Positions 1 to 12,951 of a DNA stretch of 64,000 nt are shown here, piece after piece. The notes below the pieces were generated by a model. It worked only from the letters and a program-made list of their open reading frames with translations, did not search any database and had not been told where the DNA came from. The DNA is from Bugula neritina (Eukaryota > Animalia > Bryozoa): NCBI GenBank assembly GCA_964035545.1, contig OZ037765.1, positions 9,868,698-9,932,697 on the forward strand, given 5' to 3'. Position 1 is the stretch's first letter; each line of letters begins with the position of its first letter. The translations under genes and the position numbers were made by a program.

Positions 1-268
1 AACATGGCTTTGCTGGAACTTACATAACTTTATATTAGCTCAATTATATGGATAAGACAGAATATATTTTATCAATACCAAAGTGTTGATTCCTGTAGAA
101 TAAAGTTGAGAAAGCCTACTGTTTCAACACACACAAAAAAAGGCTAAGTAGACATGCAAAAGTATGATTCTCACACTTTATTTGGAGCAAATGGCTGGAA
201 TAAGACTATAGAGCCATTATGTGATTATAACACAGCAGTAGGTAGAAGAATGACTGCAGATCACATAC

Positions 269-3200
269 CTTACTATGTTCAGTATCTATATACTGAGACA
301 GACTGTGAATAATGCTAGTAGGCAAGTTGCATGTCTTGTGCAAGTGCACGCAGATAGAATGCAGCATGTTCCTGAGAGAAGACAACTTCTCTGTGTTTAT
401 CATTGAACATAATTTCCACACTAGAGTTTCTTGGGCAGAGCCAGTTCCAGCACTACAAATGAAAGAAAGCCTACTTACAGCTGAACTTGTCACGTCCCTT
501 TCATTTACAACATAAATCTAATAACCATCAAACATTAATCAGCATCAGACTATTCTTCAACAAGTAAATTCAGCATACTTAAATTATTAAAAACAAGGTG
601 AAATCTCCTGGTGGATTAACAAACCTTTAGAACCAACATCAATTCAACACTTGATCTAATTAAAAAAACAAGTAATGTTTTGCAACTCATCACATAGATT
701 TATAAGTACAGACTGTTGACCATTTGAATGTCTAGTACGAAACACGAAAGATCCAGTTATGGAGGTTCTGGCTCTAGGAGGCGCCTACCTTGGAGGGATA
801 TTCTCAAAAATCACCGACTTGACAGAATGCCAACATTTCTCCTGAACAGAACTCTCGTTGTCATCATGGCAAGGAAGAACACCAGTCAACCATGCTCTAG
901 AAACAGACAGGCAAGCAGTCAACTATATGCACAGTGTCATGGCATTATGCACAATAGCATACCCATGAAATTAAAGTTTAGTTCAAGTATATTAAAACTA
1001 GTCTATCTATATTCATGCATTTCATATTGATATGAAGCATTTATATATATTTTATATTCAATATAAGAATATATTTATATTAAATATGTTAATTAAACTA
1101 GTGGTTTGTGTACTTACCACGTATCTTGATATACTTACCGCAGTATATTGATGTACTTACCACAGTATATTGATATACTTACCACAGTATATTGATGTAC
1201 TTACCACAGTATATTGATGTACTTACCACAGTATATTGATGTACTTACTACAGTATATTGATGTACTTACTACAGTATATTGATGTACTTACTACAGTAT
1301 ATTGATGTACTTACTACAGTATATTGATGTACTTACTACAGTATATTGATGTACTTACTACAGTATATTAATATACTTACCACAGTATATTGATATACTT
1401 ACAGCAGAACGTCAGAGTTGTTTGGGTAGAGTTGCAAGAGGTGAGTTAGACTCTGTATAGCCTGTTTCCTTATTGGCACAGCCAAGTCCCGACAGTGCTC
1501 TTTTATTATACCAAGCTCCTACAGAGAAGATGAAAACAGAGGCTAAGATAAACTCATACCTTGCACACCGTGTACCAGTTTCTACACTATAATCACAGTT
1601 AAGATACTAGAAATGGGCAGTATCAGATAGTATAGGTTAAAAAAGCTTTGAATTTTTTAGGAAAGTAATTTTTCTAAAAATAAATTTGAGACACATCAAC
1701 AACTGTTCTTGCAGTTTTGAATTTTCAAAAAGAAAGATTATCATTGAATTCTTTATCATACAACAGAGTGGGTAAAATTATATTTTGCTTAGATATTGAA
1801 TCTAGAAAACCCAAGTTGACAGCACAAAATCCATAAAAGTGAACGTTACAAAAAGAATGACTTGTGTGCTACAATGTCTTACAATCCCACACAGTTTTGA
1901 ACAAGAAGCTGCGAAAAGGCAAAAATTACAGCTACAAATACATTCTGATCCCATATTGATTCTCCACAGCAAATTTCGAAGCCAAAAATAAAGTTTCCAA
2001 GATACTATCAGTGTTTGAAACAAAAGTGAGGTGACAATTAACAACTAACCTTCGGTAGAATTTATTTTATGAGCAATTTATAAAGGCAGAACTGCTATTA
2101 AACAGACTAGACAGACGACCTGAACTAATTTATAAGATATTAGCAACTTAATAGCATGTAGCTACATCATAATATGATCAATAAGTTACTGGAGAAATCA
2201 TAACTTTACTTCACTTCACATTACCTACCTTTGACATCTCCACGCAGTCATTATAGATAATTATACTCTCCAAGACTACAAGTGCAGATCTTCTAACCAC
2301 TGCCTTACTAGATTTCATTCTTCGTGTCACCATGTTAACAAGACCCTCAGAGTCTGTCAATGCTGAAAATACAAACACTTCATATAGCTCAACTACCAAC
2401 ATATTTCCATATTCTATTAAGAATTGTAATACTTTAGGAATTTTGCAACATTTTTATTATTATGCAGATTTTTTTCTAAAATTAACTTATATTGAAGTTG
2501 AAAAGAGCTAGCACCCACCTAAATCAAACTAGGTAATATGAAGACTGACAAATTAAATAATAAATTGTGATTTATTTTCTAAAAAATTATACGAAATTGT
2601 CTATTTCTCATAAAAAATAGATAGAAGAAACATTTTATAGCCTAATTTGAATTTTAATCAAGCTATGACATCTTTATAATGCGTTAAAATGAAAGAAACA
2701 AGATTTAATTAAAAATTGAGTAATATAACCATGTGAAAAGATGCAAAAATTCTGTTTTAAAAATCAAGCCGATAAGCAAGTTTCAGCACACATGTGGTCA
2801 TATAAACACATTATATTTTAGCAAGAGTGCATTTGCCCACTTATAACATAATAGAGATAAGATATTAAACATATTTACTGATGTCAAATCCCCTGGTGAG
2901 GTAAAACATGGTGGCAGATTTCGCACAGCTGTATGGAATAAAGATAGAGGAGGGGCCAAGTTGAGAGCCTTCACTGGTCCATGCATTTGTAGTTTGTGCA
3001 GAATGTGTAGGGTAAATTCTTACGGCCTCACTTTCATTAGGCCCATTAGCTACATAATACAAAGTTATCAATAACTACTGATACCTAACCACATTATAGA
3101 TTAAATCATCAATCAAATCCCATTCATTGATAATAGTATACAGTCAAAATTTGAAGGATACAGTTGGAAAGCGGTTACAAAGTGAGATTTTAGACATATA

Positions 3201-5352
3201 TATTTATCATTTATCAAAATCACCAACACATAAAATTGATTGGATTTCAAATTTATTACATAATCAACAGAATATGAACAAGTTGCATGATTGCTGAGAT
3301 AATGTAGAGAAAACAGCATTATTAATTTTAGCTAGACTGAGACCCTCAAATAGCCAATCAAAAGGTTCCCATAGATACTCAAAGCATTTCCTGTTCTATT
3401 TAAAGCAGAATTTTTTTTACTTACAATTTACAGAAAACCCTGACGTCCTTGACATAGTAGTATGTGGTTTGAGCATCCTGTGGTGAATCCTGGGTGTGAT
3501 GAATGAACGAACATACTTCTTAACCTCATTCTCTTCGCAATTCAAACACAGAGCTAGCATTGAGAGCGATTTTGCACAAACGCTGACGAAAGAAACAAAA
3601 TGAAAATTACATTACCTTTCTACAGTAACACAATATTAACTCATACAGATTATATTAATATTACAGATATATAGAATACACTTTCATATTATAGACATTA
3701 CAATTATACCAAAAAGGCAAAATACAGTACTACAATATTACAGTTGTAATGGCAGCATTTGACATTTCTGGTATCATTTCTTTTACCACTATTAATAGAT
3801 ATGAACATAAGTAAGTGCGCTATACCTGGGTACTTTATCTGAGCACCGTGTCAGCAGAGCTTGGAGTAGAACAAATCTGGTTGTGTAGTTTATCAGGTCC
3901 AAGTCAATTGAAGTATCTGAAATAAAGCAACCTTATATACTTACACAAAAATCTGCAAAATTAGGTGTATGGTTTCATTGGGTAATTAATTGATTAGACT
4001 TTTGACAATGATCCTAAAAAATACAGCATAAACCTGAAGGCAACACCTCAGCCAACGAATAAAAGCTGCTAATAGAAGTAAGTAGACTAATATAATCTAA
4101 GAAAAATTATGTGTCCAAGAGACAACACAATAATAATTAAAATTAAGAAGAGACAGAGCTACAAAAACATTAAACCAATTGATAGCTAGATTACATTAAA
4201 AGCACCAATTAAAAGTTATGGCTACTGATGATGAAATCTTGAAAAATTATATAATTTATGTCTTCCAGCCAACAAATGAGTCAATGCTTATTTAATTTAT
4301 CTTTGGAAAAGACAAAAATGATTGATGTGAATTGAATGAAATAGGTGATAAAGTCTATATTGTTTAAATATATGTTTATCATGGGTAAATAGGTAACTAG
4401 GGGTTGTGATAATGATATTTCACAAAAACGGTATGATTATATTGCATAAATAAAGTTAGACTTGCTATTTAACAACATTAAGATTATACCTGATATTTTT
4501 CTCAAGTCTTTTTTCACCACCATCTGTCCATAAATTTCCACAGCCATAATTCTGCCAGAGGCCTGGATAAAGATACAAACCCACTCAACTAATCTGATCA
4601 TTTCAGGGGTAGAGGGTAAATATTTGAATTCATTGTATATATAAAATAAGAGTTGTACCTTTTTATATTTAGAAAGTTGAAAGAGCCACTTGCACATGTC
4701 ACAATATGCAGCATCACCCATTTCCTCCATCATTACAAGCACAGCCTACATATATTCAGTAGCATCAACATCATTAAGAAAACTGGAACAGCTCAGAGAT
4801 AGACAATCACATAAAAAGTTTATTACAATTTGAAGTAGAAAGACTCAGCTTTCAGATCTGACATAAAGATTATCTTTAGAAAAAATACCAATGTGGTCTA
4901 GGGGTTAGACTTTAGAGCGTTGACGTTGAACTTTAGTAGCCAGGTGTAATACAGACAACATTCTCATAAAATGCTTCCACTATTTACTTATACTAACACT
5001 TTTGTGTAAAACCCATGTGCCCATGTAAGCTTTGCTTAATGTGTCTAGACCCCAAAATATGGAATGAACAAAAATTTAACGAGAGCAAATTATAAACTAC
5101 ATGATAGGGGCAGAACATGAGCGTGAGACTTTAAACCAACTTTTTTGCAAACCAAAGTTTCAATAAATAAAAAATTTTAACTGATAATTTAAACACAAAA
5201 CAGTAGTGTGTTTGTGCTGCAAACCTGAGAAATCTTCACTCTATATTCACTACGATCCGGGGCAGAGAGTATGACAGAGCAGACTAATCTCTGCAACGGT
5301 TGTTTAATGCTGTCCTTTGCTTCTTTCACCAGGTGTCTGTAATGACAGGATA

Positions 5353-5446
<94 letters not shown>

Positions 5447-8400
5447 AAAACATGTTTTATTCCACTAGTTTATTAACTTTGTGATTCAATTTTTCAAACA
5501 TTACCAAGTTATTTACTTTGGGAAATAACAACAGACGATTTCAATTTCCAGGACAAAGGAGTACGGGTTTTCAGCACATCAAACTAAACTATTTGAAGGA
5601 ACACCGTTTTCTGTCTAAATACAAATACACATTTATTATTTCGATGATCAGTTTTTTGCTTTCTGACATGATGCTTTTCAAACCCATACCCGCGCACACA
5701 GTAGCAGACTTCCTGTATGTATATATATATTTAGCTTTTTGTTTATGTTTTTCGCTAATTTTTGAGTGATGCAATAATCAATATAATGTCACTTCAACAT
5801 CGGTTAATAATTATTATTATTATGTGGTATCAGAATTTAAATAATTCTGGAAGAATTTTTATTGGCCACATAATTCTTTAGATGTATAGACACATTTGTA
5901 GGCTCCAAAAAACTACACATGCATAATGTGAATAAAAGCTAAATTATTATACAAAAATTACAATTATTACTTACAAAGTCTGGCAAATGAATTTTAAAGA
6001 TTTTTCATCATATAAAAATGAGAAAAAGTAGAAACGTTGGAGCACTTACACTACAAATGCCAGAGTCAGGTCTCTTATCAACACCACATCCCTGGGAATA
6101 GTGTTAGTAGCAGCAGTGTCTCTCTTCTGCCCAACAAGCATGAGAAAGTTCTGCTCTAAAGATTTGAATGCCTAGAAAAATATTGGAGGAGTTGCATTAA
6201 CTACAATTTTTCCCCACAAAGATAGAAACATGACTCGTAAATGAAATAAGCAGTACTTACACACTTGATCATTGCAACCGAACCTCCAGGATTCCTCATG
6301 CATATTATATGAATTCCCTGAAACATTAGATTAAAACTCTTCATTTGATAATACATGCAAAATTCTAAGGCTAATGTGAGTTGAAATAAAATCAGAAGTA
6401 CTTACAAACATAAAAAGTCTTGGTTGGCTTTACATTATCCACTACTATACACAGCAATCAAGTTATATTCGCATTTTGATTTAAAAGTATCTAGAACTTT
6501 GTGAACAAGAACGAGACAAGCAATTTTTCCCTACAACGTGCTGGCACTTATCTATAAAATTTAAATATTGTGAAAAAAGAGTAAAAGTAAAATCAACAAT
6601 CTGTTCGCTCAAAAAGCTTTTTTCAAATAATTTGGCAAACAGAGTATGTGCATAATGGTAACAAAGTTATTTAAAAGCCAACGTTATTACAAATTAGTTT
6701 TATATTTTTTCAAGTTTATTTTTTGGGTCACAGAATAACAAGATTATTGAAATGTTGAAATAGAGGTTTTTACTTTCAAACTTCATCTTCTGCTTTTTAT
6801 TTTACCGTTGTGTAAGCAGATGTTGGCTAAGAGGTGGCTCAAGATTAGTAAATCTATTAGCCTGTAAAACGTCACCTTCCAAACCTTTTACACGCTAGAT
6901 GAACACATTTTCTTCATGAACAATGTTACACAACCAACCTTATCAGAGAGACAGACTTACAAGATATGCAAGATGAGCAATGCTAGTAACCCGTGACACT
7001 ACGACCTCCGGATCAAACGCTGTTGGCATCGAAGAAGGCTCTATACTAGTCAGAGTAGAAAGCAAGGCAATAACTAACTCTGACAGGTGTAGCTCCTTCT
7101 TGAGTGGATTTATCTTGAGAAACATGACCAGAGACTGCAAGCAGCACAAAGTACATGTAAGGTATATACAATATTATATACACTGTATACATACTAAGGT
7201 ACATACAATGTTATATACACTATATATATACACTAAGGTATATACAATATTATATACACTGTATACATACTAAGGTACATACAATATTATATACACTATA
7301 TACACACTAAGGTATACACAATATTATATATGCTGTATACATACTAAGGTATATACAATATTATATATGCTGTATACATACTAAGGTATATACAATATTA
7401 TTGTAAACATACTAAAATATATACAATATTATATGCACTGTATACAAACTAAGGTATATACAATATTATATACACTGCATACATACTAAGGTATATACAA
7501 TATTATATACACTGTATACATACTAAGGTATATACAATATTATATACACTGCATACATACTAAGGTATGGGAGCAGCTGTGGTCTAGGCCCTAGGGGTTA
7601 GAGCGTTTGCCTAGTAAGCATGAGGCCATGGGTTCGAACCCTGACAAAGGCCATTAGTGATGTTAGGAAGAGCATCCAGTCATAATTGCTCCTGTGCCCC
7701 ATCTGAATAAGTCCTAAGCCCGATTTAACAAAAACACTTTCATTCAGGGGTTTTCTCACAGGGATTGTGACTATAAACTAGCGTGAGTTTTATATACAAT
7801 TACTGCATTAACTAGTCAGTGTGAATCTGTAGTTCATAGTGCATAGATAATATGCTAAAAATATGATGAATAATATCATAAACTTCTTCAACAAAATATG
7901 CAAGTTGCAATATACTATGAAACATATTTTTGTATATGTCTAGTCTTTTGCTTTTGATAATTAGCTTCAAACCTGAAGCAGCTGAATGAGATGCTCTCTC
8001 AGCTTATAGATGTCAGGTTCAGATAGCTCTAGTTCCTGGTGACTGTCCTCCAACATGGATGACTGCCTACGACCAGCCCCTCTTCTCTGGCTACTCTGAC
8101 TGCTCTTTTGAGTCCCTTGACTAGAACTGAGTTTTGAATGCTTTGATCTCCCACCATGCTTTGCTTTTCAAAGAAGGACATTTTTATTAAAACTTTTAAC
8201 CAGTAAAAGCAAAAGAAATTTCCAAGAACTGTGCCAAGAACGAAACTTTAGCTCTCCTTTTTAATACATGGCAAACTAATAAACATACCTGACATGCTTT
8301 CTATGAGAGAGATATTCTTAAGTGCGTCGATGGATTTTTGGAAGAGAGTAGGATGGAATAGCTGTATGCAGGTGTAGCCAGGTAACCTCAGCATTGTTAT

Positions 8401-9978
8401 GTACACATTAGCAGCCAGAATTGATGACTCCTTCATATACACAGTTAAAGTCTCCTGAAATAAGACACGTAGGTGTGAATTCAAGACATACATATGTGTT
8501 TCATGCAAACAATTTCTTTTACATATTAGTTGGTGCTCATTCAAATGAGCACCAACTACACTATATCTGAAGATGTAGTATAATATTACACCATGTGTAG
8601 AGAACCTGTTTACAGCAATCCATAAAATATGCCAAAGCGGTCATTATCTTTTTCCCCATGTCTCCATTTGTGGCAATACTGTTCCACAAATCTACAAAAA
8701 TAAAAGCATGTGGTAATAATTGCAAAATAAACAGCCTTTAAAACTCTAAAAACAAAACACAAGACAATAATAAAAGGTGCAGCTTGAACCATAGATATAA
8801 ATAATGAAGTAAATAAAGGCCTGTAAAGATAAAATATCAATCTTCCACTTGACAATGCTGGTTATAGAAGACTGCAATGTGCATATTCTTTTCTATTGCA
8901 AAGAACTGAGTAAAAATATTGATATCGATAATTAACACGAAGTCAGTGGTTCAAACCCTAGTAAAGGTCATTGGTGATGTTAGCAAGAGCATCCATTCAT
9001 AATTGCTCCTGTGCTGCATAGACAAATAAGTCTTTAGCCTGCTTTAACAAAAACCTTTCCATCAAGGGTTTCTCACAGAGATGGTGACTATAAACTTGTG
9101 GGAGTATTGTGACCGATTATTAATTTGAAGATAAAAGACAATTTTCTGATTGAATATGGTGAATTTACAAAGAATACTAAGACCATTTAAATTTCAATAC
9201 CTCTATTGCTACTAATAATTGATATGATAAAATTCTAAAACAAGATACAGATCTAGTAAGGAACATACTCGCACACTGCTCCACTGAAAAATCCTCAAGT
9301 GCAGAATGTAGCTCATGAAGAAGCTTTTTCCACGACTCAATAAAGTAAAAGTTGTCGTGAAGTGTGTCCCGAACGTCTGCACTGATGTCACAAACGTCAA
9401 AGTCAAGAAATCCTCCATCCCATATTGTATTTACTAATTCTAAAAGAACAATCGATTAGCAAATATTGTGGCAATTACAAAATTCAAACTGAAAATGAAT
9501 AAGCAATTAGTAGTGTGCTTATGACAAACTGAATGAGTATGCAATAAGTAATGGTCCATCGACCAACATAATATATTTTACATTAAACAGAAACTAAAAA
9601 TAAAATTTGCAAATTTAAAGCAACACAATACAAACTAAATTCAGTACCGGTATACTAGCTAAAGACATACCTGAAGGTAACAAAGTGTTGAATACATCAG
9701 CTGAGATTAACAACATTGTTTTGCATGTCTGGAAAATTAAATGGTATTTTTTGCATGCAGTTGACTATATTATGAACCAACAAATTTCATTTGCAAAATT
9801 ATATTCTAAAATTGCAGTAGAAAGTTACATGCAATAATAAAAATCAGTGAATCCACAGTTATTAGATAAAAATGTATTATCAATTTAGTAATCATATCTC
9901 CAACAAATGTCATTAATACATGATTTATCTGGCCTGCTCCTGAGTCATATTGACTGGAGTACTTACTGACTCTAACAT
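269..9978 (-). CDS. NCAPD3: Condensin-2 complex subunit D3 (HEAT-repeat); 5' part only, gene continues beyond position 1
   Basis: GT-AG exons approx. 9967-9978 (MLES, start inferred), 9671-9728, 9269-9439, 8606-8691, 8289-8454, 7973-8163, 6961-7134, 6261-6317, 6049-6171, 5225-5336, 4660-4746, 4490-4562, 3826-3916, 3425-3582, ~2877-3048 (uncertain), 2229-2363, 1403-1518, 789-895, 269-~453. Spliced peptides LVNTIWDGGF, LPGYTCIQLFHPTLFQKSIDALK, APDRSEYRVKISQ, LLTRCSDKVPSV, MVTRRMKSSKAVVRRSALVVLESI, EHCRDLAVPIRKQAIQSLTHLL and AWLTGVLPCHDDNESSVQEK match the N-terminal half of vertebrate CAP-D3 in order, as I recall it. Confidence 0.88.
1111..1402 (-). repeat. 22-bp minisatellite, 14 copies of ACTTAC (GTAAGT on -), starting at an NCAPD3 splice donor
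   Basis: Unit TACTTACYACAGTATATTGATR; ACTTAC at 1112, 1133, 1155 ... 1397 with 22-bp period. Confidence 0.97.
4892..4925 (+). mobile_element. Fragment of tRNA-derived SINE head
   Basis: TGTGGTCTAGGGGTTAGA...TAGAGCGTT matches the 5' end of the SINE copies at 7567 and 10084. Confidence 0.45.
5356..5443. repeat. (TA)n microsatellite near an NCAPD3 acceptor
   Basis: About 43 uninterrupted TA units. Confidence 0.98.
7155..7567. repeat. 37-bp minisatellite (~11 copies) between an NCAPD3 acceptor and a SINE
   Basis: Unit AAGGTATATACAATATTATATACACTGTATACATACT with minor variants. Confidence 0.95.
7568..7790 (+). mobile_element. tRNA-derived SINE, near full length
   Basis: A-box TGGTCTAG, anticodon-like arm TGCCTAGTAAGCA, B-box GGTTCGAACCC, body GATGTTAGGAAGAGCATCCAGTC...TTCTCACAGG...GACTATAAAC...GTGAGT shared with three other copies. 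Confidence 0.9.
8935..9105 (+). mobile_element. tRNA-derived SINE, 5'-truncated copy
   Basis: Starts near the B-box (GGTTCAAACCC); same body and tail as the 10084 copy. Confidence 0.85.
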
Positions 9979-10083
9979 TAGAAATGCTCACTTGATTAGT
10001 GTTACAAAAACTTTCACAGATTTGGCAATTCAAAATACCCCGTTTTAATTTTAAAAAGTCAGTAATATTAATATTTAAATGAG

Positions 10084-10302
10084 AATGGGAGCAGCCATGG
10101 TCTAGGGGTTAGAGCGTTTGCCTAGTAAGCACTAAGTCACGGGTTCGAACCCTGACAAAGGTCATTGGTGATGTTAGGAAGAGCATCCAGTCATAATTGC
10201 TCCTGTGCTCCACCTGAATAAGTCCTTAGCCCGATTTAACAAAAAACCTTTTCTTCAGGGATTTCTCACAGGAATGGCGACTATAAACTTGTGTGAGTTT
10301 GT
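10084..10302 (+). mobile_element. tRNA-derived SINE, full length with 18-bp TSD
   Basis: Intact A/B boxes; flanked by the identical TATTAATATTTAAATGAG at 10066-10083 and 10303-10320. Confidence 0.95.
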
Positions 10303-10539
10303 TATTAATATTTAAATGAGCACCATAGCCATTGGTTTATAGTTATTATAGAGAAGTTCATGACAATTAAAATTGACACTAATCACTGCCAGATTCAGAT
10401 TTGACTAAGATTTTTTCTGTTAGGTCATCACTTAAACTTAACTAGTCATCAACAGGATGAATGATGTGATTGTGACATGGTTATCAGTGTCAGGTATAAA
10501 CGAATAGCTATGAATAGCAACATAAAAACTTTATTACTT

Positions 10540-11700
10540 ACAGTTAATAATTATTAAATATCATAATCTAAATCATGCATCAGGATGAGTGTAAATTTGA
10601 GTATCAGTATGTCTATTCGTACTAGCATTATTATTAAACCTAATTCATTATAACTAGCAGTAGTAAGCAGTATCATGTATGAGTAACTGTAAGTGTGTAA
10701 CATAAATATTAAATAAAGAACTATAAACTTAAAGTTCAACACAAACTTTAACCCGAAGTGGTTAAGTCATTAATTTTAAGTTCAACCATTGTCCATTCAC
10801 ATTGTCGTTAACTATTTTCATACTGAAAGTAAAAGTAAAACTAAATCATTTACTTTTAGTTTTACTTTTAGTAAAACTGAGTTTTGGTAAAAGTAAAACT
10901 AAAAGTAAATGTTATAAACATAATGATGATAATCATATTGATAATGAGGAGTATAATACTAAGACTAAGAGTAAGACAGAGTAGAGTAACTGTAAGTCTA
11001 ATATTAATAGTAACTGTAATACTAACACTAAGTCTAATAGTAATACCAATACTAATAGCCAATAGGTAACAACATGAATAACTGTTACTGTAAAGTATAA
11101 ATTGTTTGTGTTGATGTTGGTCTTGACTTGTTTATAATTAATATTAATTCATTATTGACTATGCACTTAGTCGCACAGTTACTGTTAGTGTCATACTGAG
11201 TGTAACACTCAGTATCACTATCAGTATGACATTGACTATGAATACGACTATGAGTATACAGTAATGAGTAATGAGTAATGCACATATTGGATTATTGATT
11301 ATGGTTATCTCAGTATGAGTATGACTATGAGTATGAGTATCTGTACTTTTCAAAATAATTATAATTATTATTAATATTATTGTTAATAATAATATTAATA
11401 ATAATAATATCATAAATATAACTTCATAATGATGATGTATAACTATATGAATATGAATTCAATATGAATAATTATAATATCATAATGATTTTTATTGATA
11501 ATCATAATCATAATGACAATCACAATGGTACTTATAACTTATACTTATAGTTAATGTTATACTCATAGTCACACTGATTCTCAAGTTGGGTTTACAAAAT
11601 TTATTGTTTTCAATACTTGTGTTGTAATTATAATTGTCGTGCTAATACTAATAGTAATAGTAATTATTTATTATTCATATTGTAGTAATACTAATAAACT
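10540..11700. repeat. Degenerate hexamer-periodic quasi-palindromic tract, NCAPD3 5' region
   Basis: e.g. AAAAGT AAAACT ... TTTACT TTTAGT; AAGACT AAGAGT; AGTATG ACTATG AGTATG. Confidence 0.85.
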
Positions 11701-11714
11701 ATAGAGTGACTAGG

Positions 11715-11820
11715 AACCTCTATTTTTCCGACTTGAATGTGGCGCGCTATTATGACCAGTACAAATTATTATGGTATCGTAGCGGTGGTTCTTTGGCCGT
11801 AGCCGTTATTCGAATAGAGG
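11715..11820 (-). promoter_or_regulatory. Probable NCAPD3 promoter: CpG cluster with E2F-like TGGCGCGC (11740-11747) next to CHR-like CTTGAA
   Basis: Local CpG enrichment upstream of the gene; motif type fits a cell-cycle gene. Confidence 0.5.
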
Positions 11821-12951
11821 AAATAACTCTAAAAATAAATACCAACAATCTCAACAGTATTATTTTTATTTATAGTATTATTTTATTCATCTCTGTCCTC
11901 TATGATCCAAAACTTGCTTTTATCTAGCAATGTAGTCACAAAACTGTGGTACCAATTTAATTAATTGATCCATAGGTCACAATTATTATGCTCCAAAACA
12001 ATGCAAGGAACTTTTTTTAGCAATTACCATTTTCAAGGATCGAAAAGCAAATTATTTGTAGGAACAACATGCATACATGTAGGCATATTGTGCCTACAAA
12101 TAATGCATGTATTAAAACATGTTAGAGTTAACTATTGGAGTAAAACTGTACAAATACAAACAAACTTCAAACGTAGGAGTTGTGACTTTTACTGAAGGCC
12201 CAAAATTTTTAATTTGTGTGTGCATAATTTAAAAACAATTTGCATATATATTATTATAGTTTACAAGCATAAGTGCTTTGGCTTATATTGCTATAACTCA
12301 AACTTGAATAAATATTTATTAAATTCAATTGTCAACATTTGCAATTATTGATTGCTGTACTAAGTATCTCATGTGCATCTACAGTATTACAGATACATTT
12401 GGTGAAATAATGGCAGTGTGAATAATAGCAGCAATAAGATGATGTAGATAGCATTTTATTAAATCACAACTAAAACAAAAGCTGCTAAAAAGTGTAACGT
12501 CTATAAAAGTAAAATTAATATAAAAATCAGGTAATTAAACAGAAGGAATAGTGTTACTGTATTCCAAAGGAAAAATATAAATTTTTAGAAGTTTTACCTA
12601 AATTTAAATGTTTTTACAAAAGAATTGAAAATATCCTAAAATGAAGGTTTCAACACAGAAGTTCCAGAAATGCAATCACAAGTACTATATGAAAAGAGAT
12701 AATCAACTGTTTTATGGACAAAAACATTTACTTATAATATTTGATTTTATTCATATATGATAAAGCCATAGATAAAACCAAACAGCATAATATTTTGGTT
12801 AGCTAATACCTTAACATATAGCCTAAAAATAAGTTATTTCAGTGGCCTATTTTGTATATATAGAATAACCAAAAAATATGTGCATAAATAATTCCTTTTA
12901 TGAACAATTGGTTGATATTTTTCTATATACCAGGAAATATGAGCATAGAAC

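Noticed and set aside
1111-1402. CRISPR-like regular repeat
   Set aside because: Units are head-to-tail with no unique spacers, no cas genes are present, and the context is a eukaryotic intron; it is a minisatellite.
10084-10160. tRNA-Thr gene
   Set aside because: A/B boxes are present but there is no pairing acceptor stem; it continues into a repeated SINE body and is flanked by TSDs.
10802-11413. Small hydrophobic membrane proteins (overlapping I/V/L/T-rich ORFs on both strands)
   Set aside because: By-product of 3/6-bp periodic low-complexity DNA; the same artefact occurs at 46042-46412, 47337-47710 and 60645-60851.
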